This document shows, one piece after another, positions 1 through 9,590 of a DNA stretch of 64,000 nucleotides. A program made the position numbers and the translations under genes. Where the stretch lies: assembly GCA_963929435.1 (NCBI GenBank), contig CAWVIV010000019.1, forward strand, positions 21,690 through 85,689, written 5' to 3'. The notes beneath the pieces are model-generated. The model saw only the letters and a program-made list of their open reading frames with translations, was not told the origin of the DNA and did no database searches. Origin of the DNA: an uncultured Bacilli bacterium (GTDB lineage Bacteria > Bacillota_I > Bacilli_A > RF39 > UBA660). Each line of letters opens with the position of its first letter. Positions within the stretch are counted from its first letter, which is position 1.

Positions 1-262
1 GTATTCCCTGATTCTCGTTCATTAGTTTTTTCCTCCTTTACTAAACTTTCTAAAAATTCAGTTTCACATTTAATTGATGTTATATATAAATGTGCTAAAT
101 CTTTCTCTAATTTATTTTTTGTATTTTTCATTTTCGTTTCGTATTTACTGACAGTCCTTAAATTATCTTTAATCCTCATATTAATCAAAGTAATTATTTT
201 GTTATAATCTTCGACTGTCTTTTGCATATTAGCAAATTCTAAATTTAATTTTGAAAAATCCA
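1..262 (-). CDS. hypothetical protein, N-terminal part only (ORF runs off the window start)
   Basis: Reverse-strand reading from ATG at 260-262 gives MDFSKLNLEFANMQKTVEDYNKIITLINMRIKDNL... with no stop before position 1. A GGAGG-like RBS (agggaggaaaataac) lies upstream. No recognisable family. Confidence 0.3.
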
Positions 263-404
263 TGTTATTTTCCCTCCTTTATTTCCTTAACATATATTTT
301 TCTATGATATATAAGTAATTCTTTAGTTAAAGTTTCATCTTCATATATCCAATATCTACTACCCCAAAAATTTCTCCATAATATCTTAAACTTTTTAAAC
401 ATAA

Positions 405-740
405 TTATCTTTCCATTTCATATTGATAAAAATCATAATTATCATTATCAACTGCTTGTAAAATGTCAGAGTAATCCATATCAGCAACTTTATCCATAAA
501 AGAATTATCTTTTGCATAGCACTCTGTTAAGAAAAAAGCAATTTGAGGTGCAGATAAATTCATGTATTCATCATCAAGATATAAGTCATAAGCTAGTTCT
601 TTAATATCAGTAACTATATCATCACTTATATTAATATCTTCATTTTTTGCAACATCATAAATGCTGTCATAAATACTATAAATTGTTAAATTAGATTTAT
701 CTTCATTTGATAACATTTTGTATCTTTCTAAACTGTTCAT
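405..740 (-). CDS. hypothetical acidic protein downstream of tet. The true start is probably the ATG at 738-740, with a strong AGAGGAGG RBS.
   Basis: ORF track 405..785, with an internal Met preceded by agaggagg. Acidic and Tyr-rich, no confident family match. Confidence 0.4.
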   Translation of the reverse strand: MNSLERYKMLSNEDKSNLTIYSIYDSIYDVAKNEDINISDDIVTDIKELAYDLYLDDEYMNLSAPQIAFFLTECYAKDNSFMDKVADMDYSDILQAVDNDNYDFYQYEMER

Positions 741-861
741 CTTTTTCCTCCTCTCTTGAACACTTGCTTGATATAACACAAGCACAATATAAAAAAAGCA
801 ATAAGAACACTCCTATTGCAATTAAAATAATCTTTATCATAATTCTTCCTTTCTTTCACAA

Positions 862-897
862 CAAAAAAGACCAACTAACTAAAGTTGATCTGCTCGA
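862..897 (-). terminator. intrinsic terminator downstream of the tet gene
   Basis: On the minus strand, GAUCAACU...AGUUGGUC forms an 8-bp stem followed by UUUUUUGUUG, immediately 3' of the tet stop at 925. Confidence 0.45.
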
Positions 898-924
898 TAA
901 ATTGTAATTTTAGTGAATAGTAAC

Positions 925-2847
925 TTAATTTTCTTTTTTATTAAACATATGGCGTACTTTATCTATTCGATTATTTGGTCTACGTGATTGAATAACTGGT
1001 TCACAAGTAGCAATTTGATAATCTTTTAATTCTGTCAAAAAAACTGCTTGCCCATTTGTATATAGAGTTAAAGTATTACGATATTCATTAATACAACGTA
1101 CAGGAATATGTCCTGTAAAAATAACTTCATCATTTTTTGATTGACTTGTTTCAATTATTGCACAATGTTTTTGTGCATCTTTATATGCACGAGAAAAGTA
1201 TCCCTCTGGTGTAAAAAGTATAAACGAAAGATATGGCTCTAATAATTGCGTTCCCGCTTTTTTCAATGTTTGTTCAAGTACAATTGGGGCAAGAAAGCGA
1301 AAATCCGAGGGAGTACTAACAGGGCTATAATAAACACCATATTCAAAACATATTTTACAATCTGTCACTTTCCAACCATACAATCCTTGCTCCAGTCCAT
1401 AATTAATACCTTCTCTTACTGCATTTTGAAAACTTTGATTTAAATAACCGAGTGAAACTTTGCTTTCGTACTGTATTCCAGTGCCAATTGGAAGTGGAGT
1501 TATTGATAATCCAATTGATGCCCAAAATGGATTTGGTGGTACTTCAATATGAATAGTATAATCTGCCTTTTGTAATGGCTTTTCCAAATAAATTACGGTT
1601 GGATCTTCGATTCTTATGTTTATGTGATATTTTTCAATCAACAGAGAACAGATAACTTCTAACTGCACTGTTCCTAAAAAAGAAATGATGATTTCATGTG
1701 TTATCGTATCAACATAATAACGTAAAAGAGGATCAGTATCTGCAATTTCTGTAAGAGCATCCAATAATTTTTCTCTCTCTTCTATTTTTATCGGTTCAAT
1801 TCTTGTTCGTAGTATTGGTACAGTCTTGTCATTCCATACATTGCATGGCAAAATCTTTTCATTTCCTATAATATCGTTCAATCTTAATGTATTGTTAGGT
1901 ATAATAAAAATATCTCCAGAACAAACTATTTTTGTCTGTATCATTTCCCCATTTGAAGGAATATATATTTCTGTAAGTTTCATTTTCTTTTTTTCTGGCA
2001 ACATAATTGTATCTCGTAAGTGTAATGTTCCACTATAAAGACGCAAATAAACTAATCTTTGCTTATGGTCTGTATATTCAATTTTAAAAACTCTTCCACA
2101 TAGTTCTGAATCATTCTCATTCATTTCAGAACAAAAAAGATTTGAAATAGCTTCGATAAGTTGTTGAGTCCCTATATTATTTCTAGCACTTCCATGGTAT
2201 ATAGGAAACAACGAACCTTTTTTAACACACCTATATTCTTCATACATTAATTCTTGTATAGTCAATTTTTCTCCTACAATATATTTTTCTAAAAGTTTAT
2301 CATTTTTGGAAATTACAGGATCCCAATCATCTAAATCAATGATATTTTTAATTGATATTTCTGGAGTTAATGTTACATTTTGCATAACAATAATATCATT
2401 TGAAAGTTTTTCTTTGATATTTTGATAAATATTATTTAAGTTAATTCCATCCTGATCTATTTTATTTATAAAAATAATTGTTGGTATATTCATTTTTTGA
2501 AGTGCATGGAATAGTATTCGGGTTTGTGCTTGTACACCATCTTTAGCAGAAATTACTAAAATTGCTCCATCAAGAACAGATAAGGAACGATACACTTCTG
2601 TTATAAAATCTGTATGTCCAGGAGTATCTACAATATTGATTTTGTAGTCATTCCAATTAAAAGAAGTAACTGCTGCCTGAATTGTGATTCCACGCTGACG
2701 TTCTAAAAACATAGTATCTGTCCTTGTTGTTCCCTTATCTACACTGCCTAATTCTAAAATTGCTCCACTTGTATAAAGCAGACTTTCCGTTAAGGTCGTC
2801 TTTCCTGCATCTACATGAGCAAGAATACCAATGTTGATTATTTTCAT
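925..2847 (-). CDS. tet: tetracycline-resistance ribosomal protection protein, Tet(M)/Tet(O)/Tet(W)/Tet(44) family (640 aa). It is an EF-G-like GTPase.
   Basis: N-terminus [30 protein letters not shown]...DTPGH...NKID is near-identical to TetM/TetO G-domain motifs. Conserved C-terminal blocks [33 protein letters not shown] and RIDKVRHMF are present. Length of 640 aa matches the family. The exact allele cannot be assigned by eye. Confidence 0.93.
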   Translation of the reverse strand: MKIINIGILAHVDAGKTTLTESLLYTSGAILELGSVDKGTTRTDTMFLERQRGITIQAAVTSFNWNDYKINIVDTPGHTDFITEVYRSLSVLDGAILVISAKDGVQAQTRILFHALQKMNIPTIIFINKIDQDGINLNNIYQNIKEKLSNDIIVMQNVTLTPEISIKNIIDLDDWDPVISKNDKLLEKYIVGEKLTIQELMYEEYRCVKKGSLFPIYHGSARNNIGTQQLIEAISNLFCSEMNENDSELCGRVFKIEYTDHKQRLVYLRLYSGTLHLRDTIMLPEKKKMKLTEIYIPSNGEMIQTKIVCSGDIFIIPNNTLRLNDIIGNEKILPCNVWNDKTVPILRTRIEPIKIEEREKLLDALTEIADTDPLLRYYVDTITHEIIISFLGTVQLEVICSLLIEKYHINIRIEDPTVIYLEKPLQKADYTIHIEVPPNPFWASIGLSITPLPIGTGIQYESKVSLGYLNQSFQNAVREGINYGLEQGLYGWKVTDCKICFEYGVYYSPVSTPSDFRFLAPIVLEQTLKKAGTQLLEPYLSFILFTPEGYFSRAYKDAQKHCAIIETSQSKNDEVIFTGHIPVRCINEYRNTLTLYTNGQAVFLTELKDYQIATCEPVIQSRRPNNRIDKVRHMFNKKEN

Positions 2848-2896
2848 GGAATTTCCCTCCCTACAAATTTATCTTTTAACTTAAAATCAATATTTG

Positions 2897-3424
2897 CTAA
2901 TTTTGTTCTTTTAAACTATTCTCAAAATCAATTATCCACTTTTCTAATGTTTCTACTAATGCTAATTGTTGTTTGAACATTTGTTTTCCAACATTAGGAA
3001 TATGTTGTCTATGAGAACGTCTTTCATTTAGTAATTCTTTTAATTCTAATATCTTTGATTTTATATTAGAAACAAGAATCTGTTTTTGTTCATCATCTAC
3101 TAAATCTAAATTCGTGATAATAACATTAAAATCCAAATATAGACTAACATCAGAATTTGAAATATCATTCATAAGTTTATTAAAATAATCATTACCTTTG
3201 TTAGTAATAGTATATATTGCTTTATCTGGCATATTTCCCTCTTTCTCTTTATGGCTAACAATATATTCTTTTGATTCTAATTGTAATACTTTCTTATAAA
3301 TAGACTGTTCACTAATTTTTACCCATCTTGGTATATTACGATATTCTATATTTTTTTTAATATCATAAGCACTTTGTGATTTTTGTTTAATAAGTCCTAA
3401 TAATACCAAATCTATATTTGACAT
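2897..3424 (-). CDS. PadR-family winged-helix transcriptional regulator
   Basis: N-terminal LGLIKQKSQSAYDIKKNIEY...WVKISEQSIYKKVLQLESKEYI is the typical PadR wHTH, with a coiled-coil C-terminal half. It lies 49 nt upstream of tet and is probably co-transcribed with it. Confidence 0.7.
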   Translation of the reverse strand: MSNIDLVLLGLIKQKSQSAYDIKKNIEYRNIPRWVKISEQSIYKKVLQLESKEYIVSHKEKEGNMPDKAIYTITNKGNDYFNKLMNDISNSDVSLYLDFNVIITNLDLVDDEQKQILVSNIKSKILELKELLNERRSHRQHIPNVGKQMFKQQLALVETLEKWIIDFENSLKEQN

Positions 3425-3436
3425 AATCTCTACTCC

Positions 3437-3787
3437 TTACTTAATATAATCTGTAACGCCAAGTCTATTTCCAAATGGATCTTCAAACTCGACTGCATTA
3501 CCAGTTCCAATTTTAAAAGGCTCACTCAAAAATTTTATATCATTATTCAACATTTCTTTATAGAAGATTGCAACATCTTCTACTTCAAACCATATTGTAG
3601 GCTTTAAATTCTCAAATTTATTTTTGTCTTTTAAAATTATTGCAGGTTCTTCATTTCCAATATTATAAGCAACCATTCCCTTATCAGAGAAATCAAATTT
3701 CTTTTTTAACCCCAATATTTCCTCATAGTATCTTTTTGCTTCTTCCATATTATCTACAGGAAGAAAATAATTGTCATAATTTTTCAT
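3437..3787 (-). CDS. VOC / glyoxalase–bleomycin-resistance family protein
   Basis: 116 aa with beta-alpha-beta-beta-beta VOC-type motifs (YYEEILGL...FEDPFGN). First gene of the putative operon with PadR and tet. Confidence 0.6.
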   Translation of the reverse strand: MKNYDNYFLPVDNMEEAKRYYEEILGLKKKFDFSDKGMVAYNIGNEEPAIILKDKNKFENLKPTIWFEVEDVAIFYKEMLNNDIKFLSEPFKIGTGNAVEFEDPFGNRLGVTDYIK

Positions 3788-3828
3788 ATATTTAATGTCC
3801 TCCTTTCTACTATAAACTACACTACTAT

Positions 3829-3857
3829 ATTTTATAGTAGTTATCGTTAAAAGTCAA
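3829..3857 (-). promoter_or_regulatory. candidate sigma-A promoter (TTGACT – 17 nt – TAAAAT) for the glyoxalase–PadR–tet operon
   Basis: Minus strand: TTGACTtttaacgataactactaTAAAAT, about 35 nt upstream of a GGAGG RBS and the ATG at 3787. Confidence 0.35.
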
Positions 3858-3914
3858 TATATAATAAAAAAATAGATTAGTTGCACTGAACTAATTTATT
3901 TGTATAACTGCCTG

Positions 3915-5797
3915 TCGTAATCGAATAGAGTAAATTTTTAATAAATTTTACTTATTAATATGATACCCTTTCACACCACCGTACGTACCGTTCGGTATAC
4001 GGCGGTTTAATTTGTAATAATATGTACTTTTAGGTAATAGTCTAGTGAATTTACTAGACCTCTTTTATTTAATCTCTCTTTAGATATTGCTTTTTCTAAT
4101 ACGCGTGTATGTGAAATATGATAATATCCACTTCTAGAGTTTGCCGTTACATATGCATCTCTATGAGTTATTTCTAACTTCCTAAGACACGCATATCTTT
4201 TCTTTATCTTTTTCCATTGTTTCCAAATAATTACACGTAATTTTCTTCTTATGTTGCCATCAATGTCTCTTAACAATATTGTCATATCTGCAATTCTAAA
4301 ATAGTTTACCCATCCATATATTAATTGTTTTAGTCTAAGCAGTCTATCATCTAAACTAATGCTTCTACTTCTGACAAGTATATCGCATAGTTTAGTCTTA
4401 AACTTTTGTACTGATTTAATATGTGGCTTAGGTCTCCATTCGTTTTGGTTAATTTTCTTGTAAAAGCCAAAACCTAAATATTTAATATCGTCAGGTCTCG
4501 CAATTTTACTTTTCTCTACATTTACTTTTAATCCTAGTTTCTTAGTAATAAATTTAGTAATACTTTCCATAACTCTATTGGCTGCTTTTTCACTCTTTAC
4601 CAGGATTAGACAGTCATCTGCATATCTAACGAAGTGTAATCTTCTTGCTTCTAATTCCTTATCAAGTTCGTTAAGCATTATATTGGATAATAGTGGACTT
4701 AGGTTACCTCCTTGTGGTGTTCCTTTCTTGGTTGGTTGAAGTACTCCATTTTCCATTACCCCACTTTGTAAGAATTTTCTGATTAATGAGACTAAATCTC
4801 CATCTTTTATAGTTCTTCTTATTATTCCAATAAGCTTATCTTGATTTACTTCGTCGAAGAATGATCGTAGGTCTATGTCTACTATCCAGTCATATCCATC
4901 ATTAAAGTACTCTAAGGCTTGAACTACTGCCATTTCACAGGAGCGTTTAGGTCTAAAACCATAAGAATGATTAGAGAATTGTTCCTCATAGATTGGCGTT
5001 AGTACTTGTACTATCGCCTGCTGTACTACTCTATCTATGACACTTGGTATTCCTAATTTTCTCATTTTTCCATTATCTTTTGGTATTAGTACTCTTCTTA
5101 CTGGTTGTGGTTTGTATTTACGATTTCTTATTTTCCATAGTATTTCCCCTTTGTGTTCTTTGATGTATGAAAATAGTTCATCTACTGTTACTCCATCAAC
5201 TCCACTTGCTCCTTTGTTTTTGTAAACTTGCTTATAAGCTTTGTTCAAGTTATCTTTGGAAAGCACCTCTTCTAAAAGCTCCATATCTGTTTCCACCTTT
5301 CTAATTTCGCACATAAGCTAACATCTTTTATAGGATTCATTTATTAGATACGCTAACTTTTACCTATGTATTTATTCTGATTATAGCCTAATTCAATTTC
5401 AGTAGTTGAAACTACAAATTATTCAGTCCTTCCTAGTTTCCTAGTACTACGACCTCTGCTGACTTCTTACGACAAACCTTTTTCGACCAGTTTTCTTAAT
5501 AGGGTTCTCCTTAACTGTCCGTAAGACCTCCCGTGGTAAGCCATATATCTTTCCTCGATTAGCTACTTACTTTACTGCATAAAGTTACGAGTATCTTTTG
5601 GACTTTAGTTTGTTTGGCAACCTTATCCGTTTATACAGCCTTATAGTAAGTTTCTGTTCGTTAGCCCTCGATTTTGTTTCACACTTCCTTTAGCCCCGAG
5701 CCTCACGACCGATGCTTTGTGCTTCTCTAACACTTCGTCGATACTTACGCGTGTATTGGACTTTCACCAACTAGATATATAGCATGCACGGCACACC
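3915..5797 (-). mobile_element. bacterial group II intron, class IIC-like. About 1.9 kb, with the RT/maturase ORF in domain IV and no endonuclease domain.
   Basis: The RT/maturase ORF is at 4007..5314. A domain V-like hairpin CCGCCGUAUACCGAACGGUACGUACGGUGG lies just 3' of the ORF (about 3975-4008) and carries a CGC catalytic triad. A candidate domain VI hairpin sits near 3928-3953. The 5' end reads GUGUGCC immediately after a terminator hairpin and U-tract. Boundaries are uncertain by about 10 nt. Confidence 0.8.
4007..5314 (-). CDS. ltrA: group II intron reverse transcriptase/maturase (RT domains 0-7 plus domain X; no D/En domain)
   Basis: Contains GIPSVIDRVVQQA, PQGGNLSPLLSNIMLNELD, the YADD catalytic motif (FVRYADDCLILV) and the maturase X motif LIYGWVNYFRIA. 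Confidence 0.92.
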   Translation of the reverse strand: MCEIRKVETDMELLEEVLSKDNLNKAYKQVYKNKGASGVDGVTVDELFSYIKEHKGEILWKIRNRKYKPQPVRRVLIPKDNGKMRKLGIPSVIDRVVQQAIVQVLTPIYEEQFSNHSYGFRPKRSCEMAVVQALEYFNDGYDWIVDIDLRSFFDEVNQDKLIGIIRRTIKDGDLVSLIRKFLQSGVMENGVLQPTKKGTPQGGNLSPLLSNIMLNELDKELEARRLHFVRYADDCLILVKSEKAANRVMESITKFITKKLGLKVNVEKSKIARPDDIKYLGFGFYKKINQNEWRPKPHIKSVQKFKTKLCDILVRSRSISLDDRLLRLKQLIYGWVNYFRIADMTILLRDIDGNIRRKLRVIIWKQWKKIKKRYACLRKLEITHRDAYVTANSRSGYYHISHTRVLEKAISKERLNKRGLVNSLDYYLKVHIITN

Positions 5798-5830
5798 AAA
5801 AAAGACTGTCATTACTGACAATCTTTTTGG
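5797..5830 (-). terminator. intrinsic terminator of the upstream membrane-protein gene. It is the likely insertion target of the class IIC intron.
   Basis: Minus strand AAGAUUGUCA-guaa-UGACAGUCUU forms a 10-bp stem followed by UUUUUUGG. The intron 5' GUGUG follows directly. Confidence 0.6.
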
Positions 5831-5845
5831 TAAATTACTATTTAT

Positions 5846-6385
5846 CTAACTATTATTTCCTATTTTCTTATTTTCAAATAATAAAAGTACACTAAATATT
5901 ATTTCTATTACTATCATCATCATTGCAAGAATATAACTTGCAAAATTCAAACCAACTATTAGAGATAATATTGGAATAATTATTGACAATGCCATATATG
6001 ATTTTGAATTATATAACCAACCATAAGGTAATAAATGAGCTCCAAAAATCATAGCAATAACCATTAACATTTTATCTGGCAATGTAGGATAAACCCACAT
6101 TGCTATTAAAAGATATATCATTTGATTTGCAGAAAATAATATACCTAAATTATTTAATGGATTACTTTTATCTTGAAATTGTATTTTCAATATTTTGGAT
6201 ATTAAAAACGATATTGGAAATAATGGTGCTGTACAACAAAATGTTAATAGATTTTTTGTTAATATAGGAAAACTTGTTAATTGTACCATTAAAACCATAG
6301 TCCATATTACTATTGACGCAAGAATAAAATGGATACCTTTCTTTTGTTTTTTTATGCAATCTTTTTTTAATTGTTCTAAATTCAT
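5846..6385 (-). CDS. hypothetical polytopic membrane protein (about 5 TM)
   Basis: 179 aa, hydrophobic throughout, no family recognised. Confidence 0.45.
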   Translation of the reverse strand: MNLEQLKKDCIKKQKKGIHFILASIVIWTMVLMVQLTSFPILTKNLLTFCCTAPLFPISFLISKILKIQFQDKSNPLNNLGILFSANQMIYLLIAMWVYPTLPDKMLMVIAMIFGAHLLPYGWLYNSKSYMALSIIIPILSLIVGLNFASYILAMMMIVIEIIFSVLLLFENKKIGNNS

Positions 6386-6405
6386 TTTCTAATCCTCTCT
6401 ACAAA

Positions 6406-6621
6406 TTACTGTTTATCTTTTTTAATTAAAGATCCTATTCCTAAACCAACACATAAACCTATACTTATTCCAAAACATATACATATAGGGATATTATCGG
6501 CGAACACTCCTATAATCACTCCTAATGATGTTCCAATGCACATTCCAATTGACATTCCTTCTAACATATATGTTTTTGTTTCATCTTTAATATCTTGTTT
6601 GTTGACTTTTTTGTTTTTCAT
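6406..6621 (-). CDS. small glycine-zipper membrane protein
   Basis: 71 aa with GxxxG-rich TM segments (GMSIGMCIGTSLGVIIGV...GISIGLCVGLGIGSL). Confidence 0.5.
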   Translation of the reverse strand: MKNKKVNKQDIKDETKTYMLEGMSIGMCIGTSLGVIIGVFADNIPICICFGISIGLCVGLGIGSLIKKDKQ

Positions 6622-6648
6622 GATTTTTTCTCACTTTCAAATTGTAAT

Positions 6649-7353
6649 TTATATGTCTTGTTTTTTTATGCTTTTATTTATATAAATTGCATAAACTAAT
6701 GGTACTATTGTTAAAAATATAGGTGCTACATATAATGATATAGTGTTTTCAACATTAAATATAGAAAGCGAATTTACTAAACAATGAGTTATGATACAAG
6801 GAATAAGAGATTTACTTTTATAAAATATTATAACAAATAAATACCCTACTGAAATTGCATAACATACTTGCATTAAAGTTGGAATTAAATTCGCACCATT
6901 TAACAAATTAATAATATGACCTATACCAAAAGTAAAGGCACTTATAATTATCGCTCTGTTAACATTGTCTTTTTCCATCATTTTAAATAAAAAACCTCTA
7001 AAGATAACTTCTTCTAAAAAGCCAACATTAATCATTGTTAAAATATAAAATATTATTTCGTTTGGTGTATTATTGATGTTAATACCATTCCATAGATTAA
7101 CTGATATAATCAATAATAATGGTATAAAATATAAATATCTTTTTAAATTGCTTACTTTTGCTAGTCCATAATAAGAAACTCTTTTTAGTTTTACTATCAC
7201 AAAAATTAACACTAACGAAAATATTGTATTTATGATTGTACTTCTATAATCTTCTATTCCAAAATTTTGTATGCAATATGAATTTACTATTATATAGAAT
7301 ACTATTAACAATATACAAAATAATGTTTCGTGCTTTTCAAATATTTTTTTCAT
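6649..7353 (-). CDS. CPBP-family intramembrane metalloprotease (CAAX protease / Abi type). Often a bacteriocin self-immunity protein.
   Basis: EEVIFRG motif (FLEEVIFRGFLF) and FxxxH motif (FTFGIGHIINL) in a polytopic membrane protein. Confidence 0.7.
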   Translation of the reverse strand: MKKIFEKHETLFCILLIVFYIIVNSYCIQNFGIEDYRSTIINTIFSLVLIFVIVKLKRVSYYGLAKVSNLKRYLYFIPLLLIISVNLWNGININNTPNEIIFYILTMINVGFLEEVIFRGFLFKMMEKDNVNRAIIISAFTFGIGHIINLLNGANLIPTLMQVCYAISVGYLFVIIFYKSKSLIPCIITHCLVNSLSIFNVENTISLYVAPIFLTIVPLVYAIYINKSIKKQDI

Positions 7354-7407
7354 AACTATCTCACTTTCAAATTACTATTTATCTGTCTGATAATATTATA
7401 CCATAGG

Positions 7408-8772
7408 TTATTTAGTTTTATCATCATAATTGAATAACTTACTAAATTCTTGTGATGCTTTTTCCATTTCATAATTAATGTTCTTAATGGCTTTTTCTAT
7501 TTTATGCTTACTAGGAAATTTAGAAATATAACTATCGCCTTTAAAATAATTATCTAATACTTGCTTTCTTCTTTGCTTATCATTAAATTTATTTCGTTTA
7601 CTATTTTGATAAGCAACTTCTTGTATTAAATCATCAATAGTGATTTTATCAGCATTATTCTTATTTTTTACATACATAGAAATATGGTTATATTTATATA
7701 AGGCATGATTTACTATTGAATTATAAATATAGTTATCAATATATTCTTCTTTTTTATTAACAATACTATTATCTGCTACTAATTCTTTAATATTATTATT
7801 TTTATTTAACGTATCAAAATAATCATTAAGTTTTTCTAAATCTTTTTTTATATCTTTCCTACTAGCATATAAAATAGATGTTTCATCATTAAAAAGATAT
7901 GATTTAATTCTTTTAGTCAAAGATTTGATTTCTTTACCTAGTTCATTATCTTTAATGGAGTTATATTTTACTTTTTTAGATGTTTGACTATTTTGCTCTC
8001 GATATTTCCTTATTAACTCGCCTAGTTTTAAAATATCTTCTTCAACATAAATCTCACTTACATTTCTTAATGCAAAATTCTTTTCATTTGGATTAAAATA
8101 TGATTTTAAATAATCAATATCTTCATTAGTCTTCTTGAGTAATGGGGTATAATATTTTTCTCTTTCAATAGCAAGTTCCACTAATCTTTTTAAGTACCTT
8201 TGCTCATCAAGACTAATTTTTCCTTTTCTTCTATAATTAACTTTATTATCGCAATATAAGTAATTTGGTTTTTTTTCAATAAAAGCAAAATGAATATGTG
8301 GCTGGTGTTTTCTATTAGTATGTACTGCAAAAACAAAACTCATATCTTTTATATCTTTAAAACCACAATACTTTAGAAATTGAGGCATTACCTCTTTAGC
8401 TATCTTTTGTTCTAATGTTTTTATATCTATATTTTCATCAAGATATTCTCTTTTAAAACTTAAAATACCTTTCCAAAGATTTGAGTTTTCAATATATTTT
8501 TTATAATTAGTTTTAATTTTTGCTATATCTTGTTTAGTAGCATAAGATCCATCTTCCATTACAAGATTATATTTTTCTTTTCTTGTATGCCCCATATAAT
8601 ATTCAAACATTCCGACTGTTTTTTTCTTTTCATCAGAATAATAATCAATCATGTCATCAACATCTTTTAATCTTTCTTCTTTATAATTTAATGATTTGTT
8701 TTTATTATCTCTACAAGTAAGTGCTAGACTGTATCTACTTTTAAATACAACATTAGGACTTTTTTTACTCAT
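7408..8772 (-). CDS. conjugative relaxase / mobilisation nuclease (three-His motif relaxase, MOB_P/Q/V-like)
   Basis: His-triad VHTNRKHQPHIHFAF (H-x4-H-x2-H-x-H) about 160 aa from the N-terminus. A long K/E-rich C-terminal extension. Lies directly downstream of a MobC-like RHH gene and next to the iteron region. Confidence 0.6.
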   Translation of the reverse strand: MSKKSPNVVFKSRYSLALTCRDNKNKSLNYKEERLKDVDDMIDYYSDEKKKTVGMFEYYMGHTRKEKYNLVMEDGSYATKQDIAKIKTNYKKYIENSNLWKGILSFKREYLDENIDIKTLEQKIAKEVMPQFLKYCGFKDIKDMSFVFAVHTNRKHQPHIHFAFIEKKPNYLYCDNKVNYRRKGKISLDEQRYLKRLVELAIEREKYYTPLLKKTNEDIDYLKSYFNPNEKNFALRNVSEIYVEEDILKLGELIRKYREQNSQTSKKVKYNSIKDNELGKEIKSLTKRIKSYLFNDETSILYASRKDIKKDLEKLNDYFDTLNKNNNIKELVADNSIVNKKEEYIDNYIYNSIVNHALYKYNHISMYVKNKNNADKITIDDLIQEVAYQNSKRNKFNDKQRRKQVLDNYFKGDSYISKFPSKHKIEKAIKNINYEMEKASQEFSKLFNYDDKTK

Positions 8773-9100
8773 TGAAAGAGTCCTTACTATTTAATATTTC
8801 ATTAAGACATTTATCTTCTTTTATATCAGCATTTGATAAGTAGCCAAAGTTAGCAAAGTGTTGTTGAGATAATTTAAAATGCTTATATTGTCTTTTAGAA
8901 ATTTTTTCTAACTTATCATCTATATTCTTTAATTTTTCATCTATTTCTTTTAAATAATTAATTTCTCTTGGCTCGTTAATATATTTTTCTAAAATAGATG
9001 CAACAACTTTATTTACTGATGTGGTATTATCATTTGCTACAAGATAAAGTCTATCATAAATATAATCTTCTAATCTAACTGTTAGTTTTTTCATCTTCAA
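8765..9100 (-). CDS. ribbon-helix-helix relaxosome accessory protein (MobC-like)
   Basis: N-terminal KLTVRLEDYIYDRLYLVANDNTTSVNKVVASILEKY is an RHH fold. Translationally coupled to the relaxase, overlapping it by 8 nt. Confidence 0.5.
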   Translation of the reverse strand: MKMKKLTVRLEDYIYDRLYLVANDNTTSVNKVVASILEKYINEPREINYLKEIDEKLKNIDDKLEKISKRQYKHFKLSQQHFANFGYLSNADIKEDKCLNEILNSKDSFNE

Positions 9101-9590
9101 TACTCACTAAATTAGTTATACGAAGATTATTTTTTTCATCTCTATCAATTATGAATGCTACAAACTTTGGATTATGTACTGCTTTTCTAACATAATTTAC
9201 AAAGTTATGTTCTGCTTTATCTTTATCAAAAATTGTTCCTTTTGTTTGATAATGAGATTTAGAATCAGAAAAATAATCTTCTCCAAATATTTTATATTTC
9301 TTCATCCATGAGTTTAACCTTTTTTGTGGAGTTCTATCATCTAACATATTTACATCAAACTTACCTTCAGTAAATATTTCTTTTGCAGTCTTTTCGCCAT
9401 GAGATAATTTTTCTTTAACAGCCCAAAGTTTAAAACTATTTTTATAAAGTATCTGACTTTTATTTCTAATTCTAACAACATTAGGATTACTTAATAAAAC
9501 TTTTATTTCTTCATCAGTATAAATTCTAGTCTTGTTCATCTTCTTCCTCTCTTTCAATTTTTTTATTTTGCATTTCATAATATTTATCAA
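9075..9590 (-). CDS. hypothetical protein (basic, Lys-rich)
   Basis: 171-aa ORF in an operon with the RHH and relaxase genes. No family recognised. Confidence 0.4.
   Translation of the reverse strand: MINIMKCKIKKLKERKKMNKTRIYTDEEIKVLLSNPNVVRIRNKSQILYKNSFKLWAVKEKLSHGEKTAKEIFTEGKFDVNMLDDRTPQKRLNSWMKKYKIFGEDYFSDSKSHYQTKGTIFDKDKAEHNFVNYVRKAVHNPKFVAFIIDRDEKNNLRITNLVSIEDEKTNS

Noticed and set aside
707-907. Short opposite-strand ORFs inside or overlapping real genes. Examples include 707..907, 1246..1443, 1826..2038, 5037..5225, 6168..6359, 6195..6392, 9644..9886, 12139..12348, 13817..14206, 14427..14771, 15393..15587, 15580..15783, 18744..18950, 20328..20564, 21237..21629, 21275..21478, 25318..25581, 26131..26436, 26426..26680, 38516..38818, 39149..39349, 41354..41611, 43886..44074, 47847..48029, 49782..49988, 49859..50062, 55605..55868, 56472..56672 and 57454..57645.
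   Set aside because: They are antisense to longer ORFs that have clear family motifs. Their composition is low-complexity, Phe/Ile/Leu-rich and typical of AT-rich antisense frames. None has an RBS.
2848-2896. A Tn916 orf12-type leader peptide and attenuator upstream of tet
   Set aside because: Only 49 nt separate tet from the upstream padR stop. There is no small ORF or alternative hairpins there. A leader-ORF attenuator was found instead at 22410-22563, in front of a different gene.
4007-5314. The reverse transcriptase as part of a diversity-generating retroelement or retron
   Set aside because: The RT carries the group II intron maturase domain X (LIYGWVNYFRIA) and is embedded in intron RNA domains (domain V immediately downstream). 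No template and variable repeat pair with adenine-specific substitutions, and no retron msr/msd structure, was seen nearby.
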